From a virus (taxonomy: Duplodnaviria; Caudoviricetes), in IMG/VR virus record IMGVR_UViG_3300020043_007700, positions 1 to 26,079 of that record: DNA of 26,079 nt. One strand, given 5' to 3'. Under the pieces are notes generated by a model. The model saw only the letters and a program-made list of their open reading frames with translations. It was not told the origin of the DNA and searched no databases. The stretch's first letter is position 1; each line of letters opens with the position of its first letter. The translations under genes and the position numbers were made by a program. Positions 8,615-15,737 of this stretch are shown one piece after another.

Positions 8615-8844
8615 ATGTAAGTTCGTTACGATGGACTTATCCCTTCTTCCGTAATTCAGGGGACTTATATCGGAAGACCTCAACCTCAAGATTGAGATTG
8701 TGAAAAGGGTTTCCCTAGATGTTTTAGTGTCTCTAGCAGCACTAGCATCTAGAGGGGACTTACCCTTTTCCATCCTAAGATTAAGATTTAATATACAGCA
8801 TCTTAATTACCAGAACCTTAATGAATTAAGTAAATCAGGTTTTG
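8615..8844 (+). ncRNA. Candidate multi-hairpin RNA 3 (or structured origin/leader)
   Basis: Consecutive stems at 8615-8670, 8681-8700, 8702-8770 (long, bulged), 8780-8807 and 8811-8844; most mismatches are G-U compatible on the + strand. Confidence 0.45.
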
Positions 8845-8857
8845 AGCCGATAAGACC

Positions 8858-8922
8858 TATCAGCCCACTTTTTTAAGTTTATCAGCCCACTTTTATCACC
8901 TATCAGCCCACTATCAGCCCAA
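8858..8922 (+). repeat. Four direct repeats of TATCAGCCCA(C) (iteron/operator-like)
   Basis: Copies start at 8858, 8880, 8901 and 8912 (spacing 22, 21, 11 bp). Confidence 0.9.
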
Positions 8923-8926
8923 CGAG

Positions 8927-8958
8927 TTTGATAGTTAAATTTTTGTTTTGTATATTTG
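8927..8958 (+). promoter_or_regulatory. Bacteroidota housekeeping-sigma promoter (-33/-7)
   Basis: TTTG (8927-8930), 20-nt spacer, TATATTTG (8951-8958). Confidence 0.85.
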
Positions 8959-8978
8959 GATTACAAAAACTTGAAACA

Positions 8979-9368
8979 ATGAAAAACCTGATAGACCTAA
9001 TTAGAGAGGGGGTAAACACTACCTCCAAATTACAGACAGAAAGTGAAATCCCCCTATCTACCCTCAAGAGGATGTTGGATGAGTTGATGTCTCAAGGGAC
9101 AATCACTCGTGAGGGTTCTGGTCCGACCACAACATACCGAGTTTTAAGACCTACTCCAACACCCATGGACATCTTGGATAAGATGAGATTGATACACCAA
9201 CAGAAATCAATGGGACACTCCTATCGTAAACTCACCCCTGATATGAAATTGGATACCATCCTCAACCACTATGTTGATACATTCACCGGTATGGTGGAGG
9301 ACTACCACGATGTGGAACACCACTCCAACATCACAAAAGCGTGGTCTCAACTTGAAAAAGAAATTTGA
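8979..9368 (+). CDS. Winged helix-turn-helix DNA-binding protein
   Basis: TSKLQTESEIPLSTLKRMLDELMSQGTITREGSGPTTTY; ATG 8979 lies downstream of the promoter, so the track's TTG 8928 start is unlikely. Confidence 0.75.
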   Translation: MKNLIDLIREGVNTTSKLQTESEIPLSTLKRMLDELMSQGTITREGSGPTTTYRVLRPTPTPMDILDKMRLIHQQKSMGHSYRKLTPDMKLDTILNHYVDTFTGMVEDYHDVEHHSNITKAWSQLEKEI

Positions 9369-9377
9369 CCCCCCCCT

Positions 9378-9409
9378 GTTGTGTGATTAAAATATCCGCA
9401 GTATCTTTG
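9378..9409 (+). promoter_or_regulatory. Bacteroidota housekeeping-sigma promoter
   Basis: GTTG, 20-nt spacer, TATCTTTG (9402-9409). Confidence 0.8.
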
Positions 9410-9432
9410 ACCTGTTAAAAAAAAACGAAACA

Positions 9433-9711
9433 ATGACTGAAGAACAAAAAGACAAGTTGACCTTGATTATGGACACCTCCATCAGTGCGGTGGATACACT
9501 AGACCCGAACATACTGAAAGTAATTTTGCTTATGGAATGGGGGGAGGAAGATATCGATTTTGATGACGCAGAAATTCGTCTCGACGTGATAAGGAGTTTC
9601 TACAACGCATCGTGTGTGGATAATCTTCTCAACCTATGTATGACTGATGAAGAATGGCACGAATGGGAGAACGCAATTGATGAATACCTCACTTATTGGA
9701 ATTCACTATGA
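9433..9711 (+). CDS. Hypothetical acidic early protein
   Basis: ATG after an A-rich leader and a host-type promoter; very acidic. Confidence 0.75.
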   Translation: MTEEQKDKLTLIMDTSISAVDTLDPNILKVILLMEWGEEDIDFDDAEIRLDVIRSFYNASCVDNLLNLCMTDEEWHEWENAIDEYLTYWNSL

Positions 9712-9926
9712 ACCATTTTAAGACCCTCCGTGATGTTCCCTGTTGGATGGGGCACGAATGGCGTAAATACGACCGATACTACCTACTTGGTGGTTTAGAA
9801 TTCAAAACCACAAATCCTCGTTTTAACGAAGAAGGTAACTTTGTTTTTGAACTCCATGACGAAGAAGGTTTTATTGGACTGTACAGCATACACAAAACAA
9901 ACCTTGACCTAATTGAAGAACTATGA
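9708..9926 (+). CDS. Hypothetical protein
   Basis: ATGA overlap with the upstream stop favours ATG 9708 over TTG 9696. Confidence 0.7.
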   Translation: MNHFKTLRDVPCWMGHEWRKYDRYYLLGGLEFKTTNPRFNEEGNFVFELHDEEGFIGLYSIHKTNLDLIEEL

Positions 9927-10201
9927 AAACAATACTCACGCTCAACTCAGGACAACATATTTTATTCGGGTTCCTGATGACCTCACTCCAAGGCAGAAGT
10001 GGTCGTACTTACACTATTGAAGAAACCATTGAAATTGCGGGACTGGTAAAAGAACTGACCTCAATTGAATTGTATGAGTGTGATTTGGATTGTCCTGATG
10101 TTCAAGTTATGACTAAACCTGAACAAGCATATCAAATCTTTGAAGAGTGGTTCAATGAGAACGAAATTTATTTTGAAGATTTTTTCATGCGGGATTTGTG
10201 A
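9923..10201 (+). CDS. Hypothetical acidic protein
   Basis: ATGA-coupled to the previous gene. Confidence 0.7.
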   Translation: MKTILTLNSGQHILFGFLMTSLQGRSGRTYTIEETIEIAGLVKELTSIELYECDLDCPDVQVMTKPEQAYQIFEEWFNENEIYFEDFFMRDL

Positions 10202-10226
10202 AATTGAGCACCGTGCCATATCTTTG
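10195..10226 (+). promoter_or_regulatory. Bacteroidota housekeeping-sigma promoter
   Basis: TTTG (10195-10198), 20-nt spacer, TATCTTTG (10219-10226). Confidence 0.85.
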
Positions 10227-10255
10227 ACCCACTAACCTCAAAAACCCCCTGAGCA

Positions 10256-10729
10256 ATGATTACAGGAGCAATCCCCAACCCAACCAAGACCATACAGGTC
10301 AATTTCCCCTATCACTTGGTACAACATGCCGTAGACAACCTCTTGGATACGATGAAGAAGTACCGAATGGAGGGATACATCTTTCACACCAAAGATGATG
10401 TTCTCAACACCTACATCTTCCGCAAGGGTGAGATTTTGTCTTTCGGTGTTGAAATCCACATCAACCTCAATTCTGTCGGTGAGCAAACCGCAGTGAATGT
10501 GGAGATACAACGAGTAATCGGAGCGTTTGACCGACCACACGAAATCGGACTGGCAAATCAGTACCTCAAGGAGGTCTTCCAAGCCATCTCATTTGCTTTG
10601 AGCCCCCCATCAGAGGAGGTACAAAACCAAGTAGTACAATTCAACGAAACCAAAAACAACACCGATGGTACCATCACACTCATCATCGTGGCTCTGTTCG
10701 TACTTTTCGCAATCGCAACCTGTTCCTAA
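10256..10729 (+). CDS. Hypothetical protein with C-terminal transmembrane anchor
   Basis: Alpha/beta-like body; C-terminus ITLIIVALFVLFAIATCS. Confidence 0.75.
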   Translation: MITGAIPNPTKTIQVNFPYHLVQHAVDNLLDTMKKYRMEGYIFHTKDDVLNTYIFRKGEILSFGVEIHINLNSVGEQTAVNVEIQRVIGAFDRPHEIGLANQYLKEVFQAISFALSPPSEEVQNQVVQFNETKNNTDGTITLIIVALFVLFAIATCS

Positions 10730-10743
10730 TCCCTCAACTCAAA

Positions 10744-11040
10744 ATGACTAAAGAAGAACTATTAGAAATCTTGTTTCCCGAAGGAAAGAAACTCAATATA
10801 CCTGAAGAGGTTATTTCACTCTCCTTTTGGACTACAAAAGACCTTTACGATATTTTCTATGATTATTTCATTGATGAATTCGGAGACCTACAAATATGGT
10901 CAAGTGAAGAACTTGAAGAAATCTTTACTCAAATGTGGAATGAGAAAAAAGAAGAGTTCTTCAAAGCAAACCCGCCGAGTGAGTGGCATTGTCCATATGA
11001 CGAAATTATCGGTGATTGGATAAAAAATTATGGAAAATAA
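10744..11040 (+). CDS. Hypothetical acidic protein
   Basis: Start preceded by the repeated leader CCTCAACTCAAA. Confidence 0.75.
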   Translation: MTKEELLEILFPEGKKLNIPEEVISLSFWTTKDLYDIFYDYFIDEFGDLQIWSSEELEEIFTQMWNEKKEEFFKANPPSEWHCPYDEIIGDWIKNYGK

Positions 11041-11082
11041 TTCACTATCTCCACACTCTAATTCTAAAAACCTCAACTCAAA

Positions 11083-11568
11083 ATGAAAAACCTCATCTTC
11101 ACCCTCGCAATGACCTTGTCTGTAATGGGATTTGGTCAAACCTTCACCAAGAAGCAAGTCCTGTGGGCTTACGAACCTGGCGGGTACCTGAACAAAGAAA
11201 TCACAATGACCTCTGATGAACGAATTGGAGATAGTATCCTGTTGTTCACCTTCCGAGATATGAAATACACACACATTATTTCAGTGGGTGCTGCCGTATT
11301 CGCAAACCCTACGGAGTGTCTCAAGTTCTTCAATGGGGTCAAAACCCTTTATTCGGGTGGATATGACGCCACAAATAACATCACAATGGAATTCACAGAC
11401 GGAGGGGGTACAAACATCCGAGTTTGGAGAACTCGTGGTATGTTCGGTGTCAAAATTTGTCAAATGTCCATCGGAGGAGCATGGTGTTACCTTGAGGAAA
11501 ACAAGGTAGATGAAATCCTGATGACCCTTAACCCCGATTACTTTACCCCCCTAACCTCAAATCCTTAA
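11083..11568 (+). CDS. Exported protein with Sec/SPI signal peptide
   Basis: MKNLIFTLAMTLSVMGFG|Q: signal peptide followed by Gln, as is common for Bacteroidota SPI substrates. Confidence 0.75.
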   Translation: MKNLIFTLAMTLSVMGFGQTFTKKQVLWAYEPGGYLNKEITMTSDERIGDSILLFTFRDMKYTHIISVGAAVFANPTECLKFFNGVKTLYSGGYDATNNITMEFTDGGGTNIRVWRTRGMFGVKICQMSIGGAWCYLEENKVDEILMTLNPDYFTPLTSNP

Positions 11569-11576
11569 TCCTAACA

Positions 11577-11831
11577 ATGAAAACCATCACCAAGACCCCA
11601 ACCAAGACCAAGAGTGTTTCAACTCCGAAAATGGAGAACACAAAAGCAACCATCAAGGTCAAACAGAACCATCGGACGATTTACCTGTCCAAGTTTGAGA
11701 GGTATGTAATCAACCAATCGGTGGAATACTGGCTCAAAAACGCTCCGAAGAACCCGTTAGAGAGTTTGCTCTTGGACAAGTTCAAGGAGGTCTCCACGAA
11801 GTTCCGAGAACATTTGGCAAAAGCCGAGTAA
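11577..11831 (+). CDS. Hypothetical basic protein
   Basis: Lys/Thr-rich N-terminus; ends just before a terminator. Confidence 0.7.
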   Translation: MKTITKTPTKTKSVSTPKMENTKATIKVKQNHRTIYLSKFERYVINQSVEYWLKNAPKNPLESLLLDKFKEVSTKFREHLAKAE

Positions 11832-11835
11832 TTAT

Positions 11836-11869
11836 AGAAGGGGGGTTGATACAGACCCCCCTTTTTTTT
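11836..11869 (+). terminator. Rho-independent terminator
   Basis: AAGGGGGGTT-gataca-GACCCCCC followed by T8. Confidence 0.9.
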
Positions 11870-11880
11870 ATTATTGAACT

Positions 11881-12135
11881 ATGACTTACGGAACTTGGAA
11901 CAATCCCATTGAGTTTGCCTTTAGTATTATGGGCAAGAATGGATTTGATATAACGGACGAATGGTCAATTGTTCCGAGTGAGAACAGGAGCAAGATTACC
12001 ATCACGGATACTAACGGAAAAGAATTCACCATTTTGGTGTACAGATTTGAGTTTTCCGGTGACTTCATGGGGGTGGAGTACTCCATACACTACCGAGACC
12101 AAGATAATCAACTGGTGGAGATATTTGAGGGGTAA
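11881..12135 (+). CDS. Hypothetical protein
   Basis: ATG directly after a terminator; coupled to the next gene (TAATG). Confidence 0.7.
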   Translation: MTYGTWNNPIEFAFSIMGKNGFDITDEWSIVPSENRSKITITDTNGKEFTILVYRFEFSGDFMGVEYSIHYRDQDNQLVEIFEG

Positions 12136-12413
12136 TGGAAACGACCTATGGAAACTTCCCATCACCAGGACACTTGGTAATTCACATTTTCAAGCAATCC
12201 GAACTATGGTATAACAAAAGATGGATATACCACGAGGTGGATGAAGATGGAAAAGAAATCCATATCCTTGACCCTGATACAGGAACACTAATTTATTGGA
12301 TAGAAATACACGGACACCAAGAAATTCACAATGTAATGGAGATTGATTACACAATGTGGTATGAGGAGGATGGACAGAAAATCCAAGTGGTAAAACCCAA
12401 ACAAAAAATTTGA
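12135..12413 (+). CDS. Hypothetical protein, possible paralog of 11881-12135
   Basis: Starts METTYGNFPSP versus MTYGTWNNP, with a similar beta-rich pattern. Confidence 0.7.
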   Translation: METTYGNFPSPGHLVIHIFKQSELWYNKRWIYHEVDEDGKEIHILDPDTGTLIYWIEIHGHQEIHNVMEIDYTMWYEEDGQKIQVVKPKQKI

Positions 12414-12440
12414 CTTTTTATTGTCCATTTTTTATCTTTT
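12409..12440 (+). promoter_or_regulatory. Near-consensus Bacteroidota promoter
   Basis: TTTG (12409-12412), 20-nt spacer, TATCTTTT (12433-12440). Confidence 0.65.
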
Positions 12441-12464
12441 AACAAAGACCTAAAACAAAAAAAA

Positions 12465-12686
12465 ATGGATAAGAACCAAACACAAAACCAGATTATCAGA
12501 CAATCTCAAATTAAACTCGCACTTGATTATTTTAACGCTTGTGGAACCTGTCCCACGATTGTGGATTTAATCAAAGTAACGGCGATGTTAGAGAATTTTA
12601 TCGTCAATGGATATAAGACCTCAGAGGTCTCAAATTACGAAGCATTGGATAAATACATCCAAGAACAATATAGGGGGGTGAAGTAA
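12465..12686 (+). CDS. Small hypothetical phage protein (QIIRQSQIKLA motif)
   Basis: Has its own promoter, an A-rich leader and a downstream terminator. Confidence 0.8.
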   Translation: MDKNQTQNQIIRQSQIKLALDYFNACGTCPTIVDLIKVTAMLENFIVNGYKTSEVSNYEALDKYIQEQYRGVK

Positions 12687-12737
12687 AACCATATCGCTGT
12701 CAGTTCTTTTTTTTTTAATATCAACGAACCCCCTTTT

Positions 12738-12768
12738 AACCCTCACTAATTAAAGTGGGGGTTTTTTT
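12738..12768 (+). terminator. Rho-independent terminator
   Basis: AACCCTCACT-aattaa-AGTGGGGGTT followed by a T tract. Confidence 0.85.
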
Positions 12769-12797
12769 ATGATTTTTCGGTGAGGGATGTAGTTTTT

Positions 12798-12840
12798 TTA
12801 TATTTAGGTGATATTTATTGGTAACCTGAGCAAATAAATA
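12798..12840. promoter_or_regulatory. Cluster of TATTTA(T) motifs upstream of the sigma factor gene
   Basis: TTATATTTA (12798), TATTTATTG (12812) and an inverted ATAAATA (12834-12840). Confidence 0.5.
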
Positions 12841-12856
12841 CTTGGGGTATAACTGA

Positions 12857-13354
12857 ATGGATTACAATGGTTGGTTAGAAGAAAATTACAAGAATTTAAG
12901 GCAGACCACCCTCAATATTATCAAAAACGAGGATGATGTAGATGATGTACTACACTGCGTTTTGGAACAACTCTTAAAGAATAAGAGGATGGATGAGATG
13001 GGGGACAAAGACCGATTATATTACTTTATTAGAACCCTTAAGAACAATTATTTTTCCAAGACGAGCAAGTACCACTATCAGTTCAAAAAACCCCAACTAA
13101 ATCAAATATCTTTCAACGAAGTATATTATGAAGAAATCCCCGATGAAGAATATCAAGACAGACCAACAATGGTATGGGTACACGAGCATTTATCCGAACT
13201 ATCTTGGTTTGACCGAGATTTATTTTTACTTTGGGTGGAATTGGGGTCACTTACTGCCGTTAGTAAAAGAACCACAATACCTCTCAACTCAGTTGGGAGA
13301 TACATTAAACAAACAAAAGACCGATTAAACGAATTATGGGAAAACAGAAACTAA
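12857..13354 (+). CDS. Phage sigma-70 family (ECF-like) RNA polymerase sigma factor
   Basis: Region 2-like DVDDVLHCVLEQLL...YFIRTLKN and region 4 HTH LSWFDRDLF...SLTAVSKRTTIPLNSV. Confidence 0.8.
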   Translation: MDYNGWLEENYKNLRQTTLNIIKNEDDVDDVLHCVLEQLLKNKRMDEMGDKDRLYYFIRTLKNNYFSKTSKYHYQFKKPQLNQISFNEVYYEEIPDEEYQDRPTMVWVHEHLSELSWFDRDLFLLWVELGSLTAVSKRTTIPLNSVGRYIKQTKDRLNELWENRN

Positions 13355-13557
13355 AAATTGAGGAGGTAGAACTCATCAAACACCTCAATCAAAAAAAGAC
13401 CTATACGCATAAACAAATTTCCAGTTATTTTGGAGTATCAAGAATGGCGGTTAGTCATATTGTAAACAAACGAAGATGGACTGAGGTAGAAACCCCCAAT
13501 GATTTACGGGGTGAATATCTCCTGTACAAATACATCCAAAACCTACCGATGATATGA
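13336..13557 (+). CDS. Helix-turn-helix protein
   Basis: KL..EEV..IK...THKQISSYFGVSRMAVSHIVNKRRW. Confidence 0.75.
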   Translation: MGKQKLKIEEVELIKHLNQKKTYTHKQISSYFGVSRMAVSHIVNKRRWTEVETPNDLRGEYLLYKYIQNLPMI

Positions 13558-13820
13558 TGTTCCAAAGACAATTAGATTTTCTCCAAAAATTAAACGAGAA
13601 CAAAGGGTTCATAGGAGTTACCCTGAAGGAATTAGAAATCACCAGAGGGGAGTTCAACGAATGGATGGGGGAAGACCTGTTCTTTGAGAAGAAAGTGTTG
13701 GAAATCCAAGAATTATCCATAGATTATGTAGAGGAAAAACTATTGGAGGAAATTCAGGGAAATAACCTACAAGCAATTCAATTTTTTCTTAAAACAAAAG
13801 GTAAAGAAAGAGGATACTGA
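13554..13820 (+). CDS. Terminase small subunit-like HTH protein (short)
   Basis: N-terminal HTH followed by IDYVEEKLL...NLQAIQFFLKTKGKERGY, a motif I recognise from Bacteroidota phage TerS-like proteins. Confidence 0.6.
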   Translation: MMFQRQLDFLQKLNENKGFIGVTLKELEITRGEFNEWMGEDLFFEKKVLEIQELSIDYVEEKLLEEIQGNNLQAIQFFLKTKGKERGY

Positions 13821-13821
13821 T

Positions 13822-14073
13822 ATGGGATGTGAGGAATGTAAAAATAAAATAAACGATATAAAATTGGGGGGATTACCAATGTATCAAAAAGAAGAACTAC
13901 AAAAGGTATGGGAAGTCAGGGGTAAAAGTGATTACACCCCCGATGAAATCGCATACCATTTTAACCTATACAATAGGGTGTTTGGGAGAAACGAACAACC
14001 TGGTTGTGGTAAATGTTTTTACCGAGTTAAAAAATTATTATTAGAGCGATATGAGCACGAATTCGGAGGATAG
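13822..14073 (+). CDS. Cys-rich hypothetical protein (possible Zn binding)
   Basis: MGCEECK...YNRVF...GCGKC. Confidence 0.75.
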   Translation: MGCEECKNKINDIKLGGLPMYQKEELQKVWEVRGKSDYTPDEIAYHFNLYNRVFGRNEQPGCGKCFYRVKKLLLERYEHEFGG

Positions 14074-14521
14074 TCCAAAACGATTACCAGGTAGACCAAG
14101 AGGGTCTGGTAGGAGTAATGGATTTCAGTTACATAAAATGACAAAAACGGAGGTAGAACTTTTCCTCAAGGAAAGCACCAAAAAGGTTTTTCGTGACCAC
14201 CTCTCACACACCGAGTATGTGGAATGGTGTCGTAAACAGAGCATATCTTACGCCCAAGCAAACAAATATTGGTTGAGGGTATGGGAACAAGTCAGAGAAA
14301 AATTCCGTATGGATAAGGACAAATTGATTGATAAACATCTTCGGTCATATTGGGAAATCCACCACGAAGCAATGGTCTCAAACGACCTTACCAACGCTCG
14401 TCAAACATTGGACGCAATCGCAAAACTAATGGGTCTCAACGAGCCAGATAAAGTGGACATGACCACAGAAATCAAATTGAAATTCAACTTTGGTGACGAG
14501 CCTGACGAAAATACAAATTGA
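14051..14521 (+). CDS. terS: Terminase small subunit (putative)
   Basis: Immediately upstream of and overlapping TerL; GRPRGS basic N-terminus, helical ARQTLDAIAKLMGLNEP, and a C-terminal beta strand IKLKFNFG. Confidence 0.65.
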   Translation: MSTNSEDSPKRLPGRPRGSGRSNGFQLHKMTKTEVELFLKESTKKVFRDHLSHTEYVEWCRKQSISYAQANKYWLRVWEQVREKFRMDKDKLIDKHLRSYWEIHHEAMVSNDLTNARQTLDAIAKLMGLNEPDKVDMTTEIKLKFNFGDEPDENTN

Positions 14522-15737
14522 GGGATTTACACCATACCCCAAACAAAGGGAATGGATTGATAAGATTGAAGACACCCAAGTAAAATACATCACCTTATGT
14601 TCAGGGAGACAGATTGGTAAGACCCTATTGGCTCAAAATATGTTTCTAAAATGGGGGTTAGAAAATAACAACGCCGTATTGATGTTTGTGTTTCCTGTTT
14701 ATTCACAAGCACGAAAAGTTTTTAGTGAGATTGAGAGGGTTTTAGCCCCCACCAAACTCATTGTATCCTCCAACAAATCAAACTACGAAATGACCCTATT
14801 AAATGGGTCAAAATTTATTTTCAGGTCAGCCGAGAATGGGGATAGTTTGAGAGGTTATACATTAGATTTTTTAATCATTGATGAGGCGGCATACATCCGT
14901 GATGATGTATGGAACACAATCCTCAAACCAACCATCTTGGTTAAGGGGCGCAAAGTGCTCTTTATAAGCACCCCCAAAGGAAAGAACTGGTTTTACACTC
15001 AACACCTACGGGGATTAGACCCTGACCAAACCCAATATCTCACCTTAGCGGGCAGCAGTTTTGACAATCCATTCATCCCCCATGAAGAATTATGGGAGGC
15101 AAAAAAAACCCTACCTGAAGACATATTCCGTCAGGAGATATTGGGGGAATTTGTTGATAGTGGTGGTGAGGTCTTTGTAGATTTGGATAGGTTCTGTGTT
15201 CTTGAGCAATACGAACCCCCACAATCAAATAAAAAATACTATGCGGGGGTCGATGTCGGAAGACAGAATGACTACTCTGTATTGACCATTTTTGACCAGA
15301 ATGGAACGATGGTTTATATGTACCGAGAGAGACAAAAAACTTGGGGGGAGATGGTGGATTACATTGCTCAGAAACTCGGTGAATACAGAGCGGTTTGTCA
15401 GATTGAGGTCAATAGCATGGGTGATGTTGTATATGAACAACTCAAAAACAAATATGTGGATGTTCATCCGTTTGTGACCACCAACGCATCCAAACAAAAT
15501 ATCATTGAGGATTTCATATACGCAATAAACGAAAATCAGGTCAGATTACCGAGCGAGAGGTTGTCTGCTGATTTATACCGAGAACTACGAACCTTCACCT
15601 ACGAGTATTCCTTGAAAAGTCGTAAAATCAGTTATGGTGCGGCTCAAGGGGCTCACGATGATATTGTGATGAGTATGTGTATCGGTTATAACGCCTTAAA
15701 AAGCAAAAAGGTGGTTGGTCAGTATTTCATATACTAA
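14490..15737 (+). CDS. terL: Terminase large subunit
   Basis: Walker A SGRQIGKT, LRG, Walker B LIIDEAA, ISTPKG, and nuclease motifs GVDVG..ND and HDDIVM. Confidence 0.95.
   Translation: MVTSLTKIQIEGFTPYPKQREWIDKIEDTQVKYITLCSGRQIGKTLLAQNMFLKWGLENNNAVLMFVFPVYSQARKVFSEIERVLAPTKLIVSSNKSNYEMTLLNGSKFIFRSAENGDSLRGYTLDFLIIDEAAYIRDDVWNTILKPTILVKGRKVLFISTPKGKNWFYTQHLRGLDPDQTQYLTLAGSSFDNPFIPHEELWEAKKTLPEDIFRQEILGEFVDSGGEVFVDLDRFCVLEQYEPPQSNKKYYAGVDVGRQNDYSVLTIFDQNGTMVYMYRERQKTWGEMVDYIAQKLGEYRAVCQIEVNSMGDVVYEQLKNKYVDVHPFVTTNASKQNIIEDFIYAINENQVRLPSERLSADLYRELRTFTYEYSLKSRKISYGAAQGAHDDIVMSMCIGYNALKSKKVVGQYFIY

Noticed and set aside
8858-8922. CRISPR mini-array
   Set aside because: Repeats are only 10-11 bp with 0-11 bp gaps, and there are no cas genes.
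8294-8930. tRNA gene or integration site
   Set aside because: No cloverleaf or T-loop consensus was found, and there is no integrase.
8928-8978. N-terminal extension of the wHTH gene from TTG 8928
   Set aside because: It overlaps the -33/-7 promoter; ATG 8979 with an A-rich leader fits better.
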